Source of the DNA: Callorhinchus milii
Lineage: Eukaryota
Direction: 5' to 3'
Assembly: GCF_018977255.1 (NCBI RefSeq)
Contig: NW_024704743.1
Location: 5,024,001-5,088,000, forward strand
DNA: 64,000 bases
Shown here piece by piece: positions 38,110 through 51,250 of this stretch. The position numbers and the translations under genes were made by a program. Under the pieces are notes generated by a model, which saw only the letters and a program-made list of their open reading frames with translations, did no database searches and had not been told where the DNA came from. How positions within the stretch are numbered: position 1 is the first letter of the stretch; each line of letters starts with the position of its first letter.

Positions 38110-38555
38110 TAAAAAATTAAGAGTACCCAAATCAAACTGAGAGTTCCATGTGTCCCACCTACACATGGAAATGTCCCCGTGTCCGGAATGGAATGTGCAC
38201 TCTCTTCCCAGAGGGAATCATGAACCCTGCTTACATAATTCTGGATAGTATTATTAGAGTAATAATAATAATTCTTGCATTTGATATAGCACCTCATCAC
38301 GTCTTTGAGACGTCTCAACACGTTTCACTGAATACACAGAAAGGTGAATTGACTATATTTTGTGGGTGAAACGCGGCAGCCAATTGCGCACAGCAGTGTC
38401 CCACAAACAGTCGTGGATTGAAGTGACCAATATATTATTATTATTAGACACAGGTTGGCAATTATCAAAGCTTGGGGATCCCAGAATATGCATTGGGGTA
38501 CCACTGGAGAAAAAACCGCATAGCTTGCCATTGAAAGCACCGTCTGTCAAGCTTC
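38110..38555 (-). repeat. Unclassified interspersed repeat, copy C (split by a SINE 3' fragment at ~38260-38445)
   Basis: Reverse complement aligns with copies A and B. Confidence 0.7.
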
Positions 38556-39914
38556 CTTGGAGGAAGCGACATTAGTGATGCTTTGTGTGCGCAGCACGCA
38601 ATGCCCAGAAAGTGATGTCCCCCGGTGGCCTGACAACCAGTGCTAGCAGCCAGGTTTACCACACACACACACACACACATACACACACCCGCCTGTAACT
38701 GGAGCACAGGATTGTCCTATAAGTGTCCTGTAATTGTCCTATAAGATTCATACTGCGTCACCCTCAGTTCCTGATAAAAATCCCAAAGATAAAATAAGTA
38801 CAATCTGTCCCTGGTACAGCCCACTTTAGTATACTTGGGATCTAACACAGGAATGCCATGCATCCCCAGTGTACTTTTTGCACGCATTTTACATGTACGT
38901 TGCACACTGCTCACAAACACTTAACACACACTATAAGTAGTCTCCTAACCTCAGGACTTAATACGCATTTGCGTCATATTGAGAATAACGGAAAACAAAA
39001 ACATGAGCAGAATGATAGAAGTTGTGTGGATTAATATCATTTAACATATACAGCTCGTAAAGCTCTTTTCCTATCAGGAAAAGGCAGGAAAGGTTGATAT
39101 TGTCGAAAATCCAGGCACGTCTGCAGTAGATAATAACAAAAACAGTCACATCTCTTACCCACTACCAAGCATACCAAGTGAAGATGTGACACAAATAGAG
39201 ACAGATAGATATAAGCTTTCCCCAATAAGTGACCAAAAGCATTTTAGCTATGGAAACAATGGTAGGCTTACACAATCGGTTTGAACATCAATCCAATACT
39301 TTGTCCGCAAAATACACAGCCAATTGGCTTTACAATATATTCTGTGAAGCGGTTTGAGACGTCTGAACGTCTTCATAAGGTGCTATATCAAATGCAAGGA
39401 TTATTATAATTCAACATAAACTGCGGCGGTTCTTAGAAGGTTAATGTCCATTTTGTCTAATGAGTGCTGCTAGAGGATAGTTTGGATGCAGCTTTGCTTC
39501 CAACCAGAGTCACAGAGCAAACTCCGATCTCTCTGAAGTCTGAAGTCATGGAACTGCAAAGGCAATTATACTCAAATAGATGAAGAGGGTAGCCGTAAGC
39601 AGGGGACGGGGAATAGTAGGGGGTTCACTTGAAGTAGTTTATATTCTTATGTCTGGTTGTAGGCATCATTGGTGTATAAAAAGAGTTTGGATGATTGTAG
39701 GCTTTTTGGCATCCTGTTAATATAGTGAAAGAATAACAAGAGCCAAGAAAAGAACTGTGATGAATGCTAATGTCAATAACATTTGTACCAGACAGTGATC
39801 CATTAAAGTGAAATCCATCAAAACCAACTCTTTCATGTTTTCCAAGGAGAATATTTGAATCCAGTTTATTGTGACATTCGATATCCTTATGCAGGTTTTC
39901 ATGCAAAGTACTTT

Positions 39915-40340
39915 CTCACACTTGCCCGACTCCAATGGCTTCCCATCACACAGAGGATACAGTTCAAGATCCTGGTGGGATGGTGAATGCCCTGCCATAA
40001 ATGCCTCGATTTCAAGATCCTCACACTCGCGTACAAATCAGTGTTCCCCGACCCTGCCTGCTTCGCTATCGGCAGTCGGGCCTTCATCCTTTCTGCCCCC
40101 ACCCTTTGGAACTCCATCCCGGAGCTCCTCCGCCTCGCTCTCTCCCCTAGCCTCCTTAAAGGCCTGTCTCAAGACCTTCCTTTTCTACCGTGCCTTTTGG
40201 TCATCTTCCTCCCTCCATCCCCCACTTACTCTCCACCCCTCTCTGATCCCAACCCGTAGCTGGGGTGCAAACCCCTCAACGTACAGCACCTGGGGATGTC
40301 CTCCCGAAGTAAAGGCGCTCTGTAAATGCAACTTGCTGCT
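39915..40340 (+). mobile_element. L2 LINE 3' fragment (subfamily A), rearranged
   Basis: DFKILTLAYK..IGSRAFILSAPTLWNSIP. Confidence 0.8.
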
Positions 40341-43087
40341 CTGGTTGCCACTGTCTGAAAAGAGAAATTAGTTTATCGTATTGCGTCCCCAACAATCTCC
40401 CAAACAAAGCTGTCTGTCTATGACTATTTGCGGGCCATTGCTGTATGCCAATCATTTGCATGATTTACACAGTAAATCATGTGAAGCACTTTGAGACATT
40501 TCGACAACGTGACTAGTCACTATATCAAATGCACAGTTTATTATAAATTTGCAAACCACAAGTCGCAATTGACACAACTTCGGCAATTTGTGGATGCAAT
40601 ACTGCAGAGCCCCTGTGAGGAACAACGGAGAGACGCTTTTTTGCGACTGTGATGAGGAACCCTGACCCCAGTAAAAGCTCGAAATGAAAACAGGCCAAAG
40701 CAAAAGTCCAAAGAAAACTATATTTTTCTGAACTGTTTACATTTATCAAACAATTCATCACACAAAGATTCTGTGTTGACAACCGCACAAAAAAATGCAT
40801 TACAGAGTGAGGAAAGATAAGCCATGACAACACATATAATAATGTCAACAGAATTGCGAAACATCCAAGTGCACCAGATTGCCATAAACACACCATTGAC
40901 CTCCGATGAAGTATCAGAAGCGAAAATTGAACACTTTAGGCAAACTCTCTGAAGCTGCCTCCACCTCCCCCGTCCATCTGTCTATCCCCCAACCCCTTCC
41001 CCCCACCACCACTGCTTCACCTCCTGCCGAAAAAACTAATGTTTTAATAATAATAATCCCTCCAAAAACCAAAAACAATAATAAAAATTGGTCATTTTCA
41101 ATCTACGACTGTTTGTGGGACATTGCTGTGCGCAATTGGCTGCTGCGTTCGCCCACAAATATACAGTCAATTCACTTTACAGTGTGTTCTGTGAAGCGCT
41201 TTGGGATGTCCTCCTGACATGAAAAGCGCTATATCAAATGCAAGGATTATTATTATTATTATTATAATGTAGTTAACCCTGACTGACTATAGCGGATAGT
41301 CGCAAAATATCTACATCTTCACCACAAGAGAGGCAGCACAGCCTGAATATGGCGTGCTTCGAGTACTGCCTGAAGTCTAGCAAATGTCAGACATAGAAAA
41401 GGGTTTCCGTAAAGGCAGCAGAATTGAAATGGCATTAAACAGTCCAGCTCCCCCTGTGGGCAGCGTCAGAACAATGGGTCAAAGAAGGGCCTCGGCCTGT
41501 AAAATTCTCTGGTTCTCCAGCTTGTTACAAACAGTTGTCCCAAACGCTCAAAGTCATTTGAAAAAACTGTTCGTAATATCTCGGGAAATTTGCTTGCCAG
41601 CATTAAGACAACAGCTTGCGCTTATACAGCACTCTTTTCGTGTGGAACGAATGCCAAACACAGATTGTCTGACCTGAAAACATTTTTTTATTAACTCAAT
41701 AATGTCAACCGAAAGGAAAAGAAGCAGGAATTATACAGCGTCTCCCAAAACCATTCTGGAGACTTAGCAAAAAAAAACAACATTCGGTTGTGCAAATCGA
41801 ACCTTCTGCGCATTATTACTTTTAGAACCATGGAAATTCACCGCACTGAAGAAGGCCATTCGGCCAAACATGCTTGTGCCGGGTCTTTTAAGAGAGCTCC
41901 GACTTACCTGCCTTTCCCCCATAACTCTGGCTCCAGCCTCCCGCTCGTCCCTCGTCCTCTCCGCTCCACCATCGGCGGTTGCGCTTTCAGCCGCTGCACC
42001 TCAAAGCTTTCGGAACTCTCTCCCTCAATCCCTCTGGTTTGCCCCCCTCCTTTCCCTCTTTTAGATCACGACTGAAGATCTTCCTGTTTAACCGTGCTTG
42101 CGGTCACCTCCTCCCTCCCCCTCGGCTCGGAGTCAGGCTCCGCCACTTATGTTAAGCGCTCCAAGACATTGCCACGCGTGAAGGGCGCTATATACAACAA
42201 CAACAAGATTACATTTGAATAGCGCCTTTCACGTCGGGAGCACGTCCCAAGGCGCTGAAATAAGATGCAGGCTGTTGTTGTTTATGTCCAGGTGCTTATC
42301 TTGTCCCTTTTGAAAGCTGGTACTTTTCAGGGAATCTGCAAGGAATAATAATAATGATAATAATGAAAAAAATGTGAAGACGTTAATTCAAGAAAACTCG
42401 ACGGGCCCCCAAAGTATATGGTGCTGTCGGGTTAAAGAGCTTTGCCTTTACATTTCGGATCGCGCTGAATTTTGCAAAAAAAAAGTCTTGTATTCAGACT
42501 TATTTTTGGAAGTTGTTTTTCCTGAAAAGAACCGTGGAAATACATCCTCCAATTTAAGATGAATTTCTCCCAATGTGAAAGGCGCTGTATGAATGTAAAT
42601 TTGTATTGTATTGTAACTCCTTTCCCTGCTTTTTTGAGGCGTCCTCCTGAGTTAAACCTCACTATACAAATATGAATTGTAATTGGATTGGAATTGAATT
42701 TCTCCATACTCTTTAATAATCTTTACCAGGTGTAAAGTATAAAGAACCTTATGTCACGACTTTGAACTCACAGTTAAGGTTAGGGTTAGGACTGGACTGT
42801 CAATCCAGTGCAGGAATGGAGGAGCTCTTCCTTATTAATAATAATAATCCTTGCATTTGATTTTACATCTTATCACATCGTTGGGACGTCTCAAAGCGCT
42901 TCACAGTACATATTGTGGAGTGGAGTGGCTGTATGTTTTGTTGGCGAAACATGCACTGTTAGCGATGCTGTCGATGGATTCCTGCTCAAGTGGACTTTAA
43001 AGATACTAATTGAAAAGAAACAGGAGTTTCTCCAGGTGTCTTGGCCAACATTAATCCAAATTAATCTACTTTATCTTTATTTTATTC

Positions 43088-43410
43088 GTGGAGTCCTGTA
43101 GCTCAGTGGTTTGAGCACTCGGTTTACAAGCGAGAGACCTGAGTTCAATTCCAGGCAGAGGGCGAAACCTTGGGCAAGTTTCCTTACTCCACACAGAGCC
43201 TAATAATAATCCCTCCAAAACCAAAAACAATAATAAATTGGTCATTTTCAATCCATGACTGTTTGTGGGACATTGCTGTGCGCAATTGGCTGCCGCGTTC
43301 GCCCACAAATATACAGTCAATTCACTTTACAGTATATTCTGTGAAGCGCTTTGGGACGTCCTCCCAACGTGAAAAGCGCTATATCAAATGCTAGGATTAT
43401 TATTATTATT
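43088..43410 (+). mobile_element. Young CORE/Deu SINE, short form, L2-type loop
   Basis: About 12 mismatches and no indels versus 56687-57014 (counted by eye). Confidence 0.9.
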
Positions 43411-43556
43411 TTATCTGGGGGACTGTTGCCCAGGACACCGGGAGAAACTCCCTTCTCGTACAGTGATGAGATCATTGAACTGAACTGACAACCGAACGCA
43501 GGCTTAACGTCTCTCCTGAAGGACCTCCCCAGCACTACGTAGAATATTAGACTAGA

Positions 43557-43746
43557 CAGGGTGGTCCAACCTTTCGGCTGCTGAAGGCCAGATACCGGAT
43601 TTCAGAAACGTCAGTGGTCGCACATAAGAAATATTTTATCCTGATTGACCTGTGTGTCGCCTGTACGTGTTCATCGAACGATGAAGTTGGGAATGATTCG
43701 GGGGCCGGATATAATCGTATCCTGGGCCGGCAGTTGGACCGCTCTG
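43557..43746. mobile_element. Non-autonomous hAT (Charlie/MER30-like) MITE
   Basis: TIRs CAGGGTGGTCCAAC ... GTTGGACCGCTCTG (12/14 matches), GGCC-rich subterminal motifs, TAGA-containing flanks on both sides. Confidence 0.7.
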
Positions 43747-44220
43747 GTGTAGAATATGAACTCAAGTCGGTCCAGATCAGGCCTTGAAATAGTGGTCTTG
43801 ATGGAGGAGAAATATTTCTAAGCATCACCACAGCACGGAGAGAAGGGAATTGCGTCACCCGACGAAATCAGGTAAGGAGCTGTACAAGAATCCGATATTC
43901 GATTCATTCCGCAGGTTTGATTCAAAGCCTAGATTATACACGTCCCTCGCTAATCCTGTTGGATACTCGACAGTGCATTTCAAATAAAAATGATGAACTA
44001 AAAGCACGAGAAACTCAGAGGTCGGCATTCCTGAGTTTGCTAAATTTAGCAGCGTTGCAGACGTTTGTAAACACAGGCGGAATGTAGGAGTTTGAAATCT
44101 TCAGGGATAGGAACTGTGTTAGCTTGTTAAGCCACCATTGACAACCTTTTAAGGAGCCCATAGGTACTGAGTTTAACAAAGGGGAAAGGTTTAGATTTAT
44201 CACCTCCACTGTGAGAGTTA

Positions 44221-44524
44221 CAATAATAATCTTTGCATTTGATCTGAGCGCCTTATCACGTCTTCGAGACGTCTCAAAGCGCTTCTCAGAAAATACTGTA
44301 AAGTGAATTGACTGTATATTTGTGGGCGAAACTTGGCTGCCAATTGTGCACAGCGGCGTCCCCACAAACAGTCGTGGATTGAAGTGACCGATTTATTAAT
44401 GGGTTTTTTTCTTGAAGGTTTACTATCAGGCGTGTGGAGTAAGGAAATTTGACCAAGGTTTCGACCTTCCGGGAATCGAACCCAGGTCTCTCGCTTGCGA
44501 GGCACGTGCTCTAACCGCTGAGCC
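44221..44524 (-). mobile_element. CORE/Deu SINE, short form
   Basis: Reverse complement, with B box GGTTCGATTCC. Confidence 0.85.
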
Positions 44525-47500
44525 ACATCATCAGGAGGAGATGGGAAAGGTTGAAAACAAAATAGGCCAAAAGAAAATGATAGAATGGAGATTTCTATCT
44601 GAATGGGGCATTGCTGTGGGCAAATTGGCTGCTGCGCTCACCTACGAAAATCCCAGTCACTACACTTTACAGTGAATTCTAGGAAGTGCTTTGGGACATC
44701 CACCTGACAGAAAAGGTGCTGCATCAAATGCAAGGTATATTATTCATAACTATTGGCAATTATGTTGCAGTGACGAAGTATCTCACAATGTATCTCACAC
44801 TCGTGGGCACACTGAGGATTAGGAAAAACCTCTCCCACCTCTCCCATCCCTGCCCACCCCATAAGGCCAGGGGAAAATCTGAGCAAGGTTTCTGGAGACG
44901 ATTTGCAGCTAAGAAACACCTACATCCCATCCAGCTCAATCTCTCACTCCTACCCTGTAATAGGAATCATAGCATCATAGAATCTTACGGCACAGAAGGA
45001 GGCCAGCTGGCACATCTTTGAAAGGTCTAGAGCAACAACAACTTGCATTTATATAGCGTCTTTCACGCCAGGTAGCATCCTGGCGCGCTTGATCTAGTCC
45101 CGTATAGATCTCCTGTACGAAAGCTCGTATTTAAGTGCAAGGTGTTGATACTTTAAGAACTGTGGAAAATTGGGTTCCAGATTAAGATGAGTTGAAGAAC
45201 ATTCAAGGACCATAATTTTGCTTCATATGGGAACATTTGAATCCAAGGGGCCTTACAGGCTAAGTAAGACGTTGGGATTTAGGGACACAATTGTAGTTTG
45301 ATGCAAAAGTGCACTACCAGTGAATCTGTTGCACTGCAACCCAGGAGAGGTGGCTTGAATGGATTTGAAGATGACCTCAGTTTACACAACGACTCAATGG
45401 TTTGGTGCAAACATCTGATCTGAAATAAACTGTTTCACATATTTTGTCAGAGCTGCTTAAAACATCGCCTGTGTTGTGGTGCCTGTGCTGAAAAAGCACA
45501 GCTGCACATCTCATTCCGGCTGATGAGACGTCCAAATATTTGCTCGAAAGATAGCATTTATGAACTTCTTTGACATGATGCTGAGCTCTTTCTTTTGCCA
45601 AACAATTTTGGCCACTAGGATGTATTGACCGTGTAAGGGAATTAATGGCGATCACAAAGGGGACCATATAGAGGGGTCTAACATTTTAAATGGGATTGAA
45701 AAAGTCAATTCAGAACAGTACTGCAGGATGCCCCCAAAATGGTAGATCAAGAGGACATAGGTTTAGAGTTGCAAAGGGCAATTTCAACAACAACAAAAAA
45801 TTACATTTGTATAGTGCCTTTTCTGTTGGGAGGACACCCCAAGGCACTGAACAGTCAGGGAATTTCAGAGCAGAGGGTAATTAACAACTGGTTGCCAGGA
45901 AGTGTGGTTGAGGCCAAGACATTGGACAATTCAAATTGTCCTTTTAATAATAATAATAATAATAATAATAATTTTCATCTCAGAGGAAATGTATCTTGTG
46001 GTGTCCTGTAGCGTATCCCGAGCGAGTGGACCTGGATTTGATTCCCGGCAAGGCGGAACCTTAGGCAAGTTTCCTTGCTCCACATGCCTCTGTTTATCGA
46101 GCAGTAAGTAGGACCCAGCTGTTAGTCGATTGGCAGATTGCTTTCCGGGGGTAATAAGCTGTTCACAAAAAAATGTGGTCACTCAATCCACGATTGTTTG
46201 TGGGACACTGCTTTTCCAATTGGCTGCCGCATTTCGCCCACAAAATATAGTCAATTCTCTTTACAGTGTATTCTGTGAAGAACTTTGAGACACCTCAAAG
46301 ATGTAATTCTTCACCCCACATCCGTGCCATGACCCACTCTGCCTCCCCCCACCTCCGCAACATCGCCCAGATCCACCACTGCCTCATCCATCAGGCCACA
46401 GGAACCCTCATCCGCATATTCATCACATCTAGGCTCGACTACGCCAACTCCCTGCTTGTCAGCCTTTCTGTCCCCACCCTACGGAACTCCATCCCACATT
46501 CCTTTTGCCTCGCTCCCTCGCTCGCCTCCTTCAAGACGCGTCTCAAAAGCCTACTGTTCGACCGTGCCTTCGGCCACCCTCCTGCCCTCCACTCTCCCCG
46601 ATCCCGACCTCCAGCTCGGGTCCAAATCCCTGACTGTCCAGCGCGTTTGGGACTTCCACCCATATAAACATGTAATTTTGCATTGTGTTGTAATAAGGCC
46701 CTATATCAAATGCAAGGATAATTATTATTCTGAAACTGGCACCAACTAAAATGTGAAGGAGACATTTATACAGGGCTGACTTTATACAGGGCTCTGAGCC
46801 GTTACCCTTACATGAACGACGCTGTATAACTGTGTGTTGTTACTGATGACTGCGCCAGCCATGTACTGAGGTGAGAGGCTTCAGAAGAACATGAAAAATC
46901 AAACACCAATGAATAGGAGGTAACAAAGCAGCAGAACAGACTTCAGATCTGTTTAATGCTGGAAAGCTGCACTGTGGAAAATATACTTAATTTGCCCGTC
47001 CGCCAGATTAAAATAGCATAGACTGAGTAAATATCTATTGATGTAATTGAATTGACAAGGATATTTGGCTGCAGAGCATTCAGTATTTAATGATGTGACT
47101 TTATGAACCCGTCGTTTGTGCTAACAGTTTGGACCGCAGGCTGCTGATTGCCTTCACTTAAACTCTGATCAATTCTTCAGTAGGTACCAAGGGAGTTCGG
47201 TTCTTATGATCCTTTGCTCATGAGAAAAGGCAATCAAGCTTGTTTTTGTTGTGGTGTATGACACGTAATCCCTGCCAAAATGAGGGATTCAGCTATTAGA
47301 TAGATCAAGACGTGTCTATCTTCTTATTTCCCTACTGCCGATCCACCAAAGTAAAATGCAAAATGCATTTGTCTACAAAATACGCAGTCTCTACAAATCA
47401 CAATAAAAATGCTGTTGGGAAGTTTCAATGATGTATTATTATTATTATTTCTTTGTGGCCGACAGATTCTGAGGGAACCTTAGAATCATAGAAATTTACG

Positions 47501-47724
47501 GCGCAGAAGAGGGCCATTTGGCCCATCAGGTCCACACCACTTCTTGGGACAAAAGTGTCCTTTCAATCTGTTTTTATCCCATATCCCTTCTGGCCTCCAT
47601 CTTTCACGTGCCTGTCTTTTTCTGTCTTAAAATCCATGATGGACTCTGCCTCTTATCACCTTACCTGGCAGATCATTCCACACCCTTTACAATGGGAAAA
47701 ATAAAGAATTAGAGAAAATCAGGA

Positions 47725-49930
47725 ACAACAACAACAACAAAAACAAGATTCCATTTATAGAGCGCCTTTCACGTCAGGAGGACGCCCCAAGGCGCTGGAC
47801 AGTTGGGTCAGGACCCGAGCAAGGGGGAAATGGTCAGGGTGAGGGGAGGGAAGGGAGGGAGCGAGGAGGGGGTAGAGAGTCGAGAGGGGAGCTGAAGACA
47901 CGGTCAAAGAGAAAGGTCTTGAGACCGGCCTTGAAGGAGCAAAGGGTGGAGGCGGCAAAGGCACTGGGGGATAGAGTTCCAGAGCCTCGGGGCTGAGAGG
48001 CTGAAGGCCCGTCCACCGATGGTAGGGCGGTTGGGGCGGGGGATGTGGAGCAGACCGGAGCCAGAGGAACGGAGGGTACGGGCAGGTAGGTAGGGGGATA
48101 GTAGGTCAGAGAGGTAGGAGGGAGCAAGGCCGTGAATGGCCTTGTAGGTGAGGGTGAGGATCTTGAATTTGATCCTCTGGGGGATGGGGAGCCAGTGGAG
48201 GCGAGCGAGGGTGGGAGTGATGTGGTTGCGATGTCTGGTGCGGGACAGTACACGAGCTGCAGAGTTCTGAATGACCTGCAGTGTGGAGGGAGGTGGCGGG
48301 AAGGCCGGCGAGGAGAGAGTTCCCATAGTCCAGCCTTGAGGTGATAAAGGCGTGGACCAGAGTTTCAGCAGCGTGAGGGGTGAGGTAGTGCCGTAGTCTG
48401 GCGATATTCCGGAGGTGATGGAAGGCGGTGCCAGTTGTGGTGCGGATATGAGGGAGAAAGGACAGCTCAGGGTCGAACAGAACGCCGAGGTTCCTGACTG
48501 GCTTTGAGAGGTGGAGAGTGCAGCCTTGGATGCTGATGCTGTCAGCACCTGAGGTGCGGAGGCGCTGACGCGAGCCAATCAGGAGGGCCTCAGTTTTGCG
48601 CACGTTGAGCTGAAGAAAGTTGTCTCTCGTCCAGGACTCGATGTCGGACAGACAGCTGTCAGGACATCGGTGGTCGTGGAGTTGAGGGTAGAGGAGGAAA
48701 GGTAGAGTTGGGTGTCATCCGCATACATGTGGAAGTTAACCCCATGTCTGCGGATGATGTCACCACAGGGGGAGCATATAGAGGGTGAAGAGGAGGGGAC
48801 CGAGGACAGAGCCCTGAGGGACACCACACGAGACAGTGCGGGGACTGGAGGAAAAGCCATTTGTGGAAACAAAATGAAGACGGTGGGAGAGGTATGACCT
48901 AAACAACTCAAGGACAGGGCCTTGAAGGTTGAGGTGGGAGGACAAGCGGTGGAGGAGGATAGCGTGGTCGACGGTATCGAATGCTGCAGATAGGTCGAGG
49001 AGGATGAGGAGGCAGAGGGAGCTCTGGTCACAGATGGTCAGGATGTCATTGGTACCTTGACCAGGGCGGTTTCTGTGCTATGGGCAGCACGGAAACCTGA
49101 CTGAAGGGGTTCGAATAATGCATGGGTGGAGAGGAAAGAGCGCAGCTGGGAGGCGACAACTCTTTCAAGGACCTTGGACAGGAGATGGGCCGGTAGCTTG
49201 ATAGCTGCGACGCATCAAGGGAGGGTTTTTTCAAGGTGGGAGTGATGATGGCAGTTTTTAGGGAATGGGAACAGAGCCAGAGGAGAGGGACAGGTTGATG
49301 ATGTCTGTGATATGTGGGGCAAGGAGGTGGAGCTGAGAGATAAGGAGTGGAGTGGGGATGGGGTCAAGGGAGCAGGTGGTGGGTGGGTTTCAGGGACAAG
49401 ATGAGTTTGGTGACAGAGGGTGGGGAAATGGGTTCGAAGGTGTCTAGGGGAGGATGGGTAGGAGTCGGAGTGTGGGAGGGAGGGGGTGGGGGGTGGGTGG
49501 AAGTTGGAGGGGAAGTGACCGCGGAGCGGATTCCCTTGATTTTGGATTCAAGGAAATCCAGCATCTCCTCACAGTGAAGGTTGGAGGAGATGACCTGCGC
49601 GGGGTGGCGGGGGGGACGGAGGAGTCGGGATGTGGTAGAAAACAGAAGCCTGGGGTTGTTCTTCGCCTCCAGGATTATCCTGGAGTAGAAGGACGACTTG
49701 GCCGAGGCTAGAGTGGAGCGGTAGATTTTGAGGAGGTCCAGCCAGATTTGTCGGTTAGGCCAGATTTGAGGCAGGTGCGTTCAGCGGCCCGCACCTGGCT
49801 CTTCAGTGAGCGGAGGTGGGTGGTGAACCAGGGGGAGGAGCGAGAGTAGGAGACAATACGGGAGGTGATGCGGGCAAGAGTGTCGAGTGTGGAGGAGAGG
49901 GTGAGAGCAGAAGAGGGGGCAGTGAGGAAA
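47725..49930 (-). mobile_element. L2 LINE (subfamily A), ~2.2 kb, 5'-truncated, frameshifted RT
   Basis: [84 protein letters not shown], tail (GTT)n. Confidence 0.95.
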
Positions 49931-51029
49931 TACTGCACATCGATCTACAAATTGAAAGCAGACGTGTGTGACAATGTAAAACAAACATAATTCCTTTTAC
50001 CAGCAGTGAAACTGGAACTGTCAATAAGACTATCATTAAAGCTGTTTGAAAAGCTATTCATAGGAACATGGACAAAAAAAGACCAAGGTCCATCTAGGCC
50101 ACCTTCTACCAGCCTGGTAGTTGCATGCAGCAATAATGGAGACGTCGATAGCAATTAATTCTGTATGGATTAGTCTACCATCACAGTGGAAAGTGGGGCT
50201 TGAGTCCACAGCCTCCTGATTCAGAGGCTACTAATTGAGAGGCATTAAATACCTACAGCTTACATTGATAAACTGACAAGTGAAACATATCCGAAAATCA
50301 CAAGTAAGTGATGCAGCAAAATAAATCTCTTCTAGAAATCGTACGGCAATCAAATCCAAACAACACTAAGTCTTGGAAACGGGGAATATAAGCTTAAGGG
50401 AAATCGAGAATAAACTAAAGGGGCACTATACAGCTCCCATGTCATTTTGTCACTCATTCGAGTGAGTGTCACTTCAGTATTCATACTGATATATTGCTCC
50501 CTCTTGGCGTTTGGGTGTTTAATGGTTTGTTGTGTGTTTTTTTGCACATAGAACCGCAGAACCACAGAAAATGTACAGCGTAGAAGAAGGCCATTCAGTC
50601 TGCCGTGTCTGTGCAGACGTATGTTTGGTTTCTGCTGTTATATTGTTTGTCATGAGTTTCACAATAAATGGGCAGAAGAAAAACAGACATTCTCATGACA
50701 CGAAGAATTAGTTTGGGAAAAAAATAAATAGTTCCGTCCACGGTTTATGCCGCTGTTGGAGATTCTTCATTTTTAAAAAAAAGGATAATAATAATAATAA
50801 TAATCCTTGCATTTGATATAGCGCTTTTCACGTCGGGAGGACGTCCCAAAGCGCTTATTCAAGTGAATAAGCTTTGATCGCAGTGAGAGGATGAATTTTC
50901 TCTGAACAAAAGGGATTAGAAAACGTTGACCATGTACCGAACAGTAGAACAAGAGAACACGGCCTGCAATTGAAGGTGGGGGCGGGGGTGGGGGGGAGAT
51001 AAATCCAGAATAAATCTGCATATACACTA

Positions 51030-51250
51030 CTTTAGTGAGTGAGCAGTGCGAGTATGGAACAGGCTCCCTGGGGAGATGGTGGAAGCAGAAAGTATTGATT
51101 CTTTCAAGAACAAATTAGACAGATTTCTGTTAGGAAATATCTTGGGACACAAGATATAATTTGGGACACGATATGTCAGGCAACTGCCAGAATGATGGAA
51201 GGTGAACTGGATGGACTTCTTTCGCCAAGCAAATTGTTCCATTGTTGTGT
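51030..51250 (+). mobile_element. CR1 LINE 3' end
   Basis: WNRLPGEMVEAESIDSFKNKLDRFL at DNA level, followed by a CR1-type 3' UTR. Confidence 0.75.

Noticed and set aside
39625..39906. 93-aa minus-strand ORF in unique sequence
   Set aside because: No recognisable homology or motif; not distinguishable from chance
42773..42790. Telomere-like TTAAGGTTAGGGTTAGG
   Set aside because: Under three imperfect units; too short to call an interstitial telomeric repeat
47904..49234. Active reverse transcriptase gene
   Set aside because: RT motifs are split over several frames and the endonuclease/5' end is missing; a decayed L2 copy
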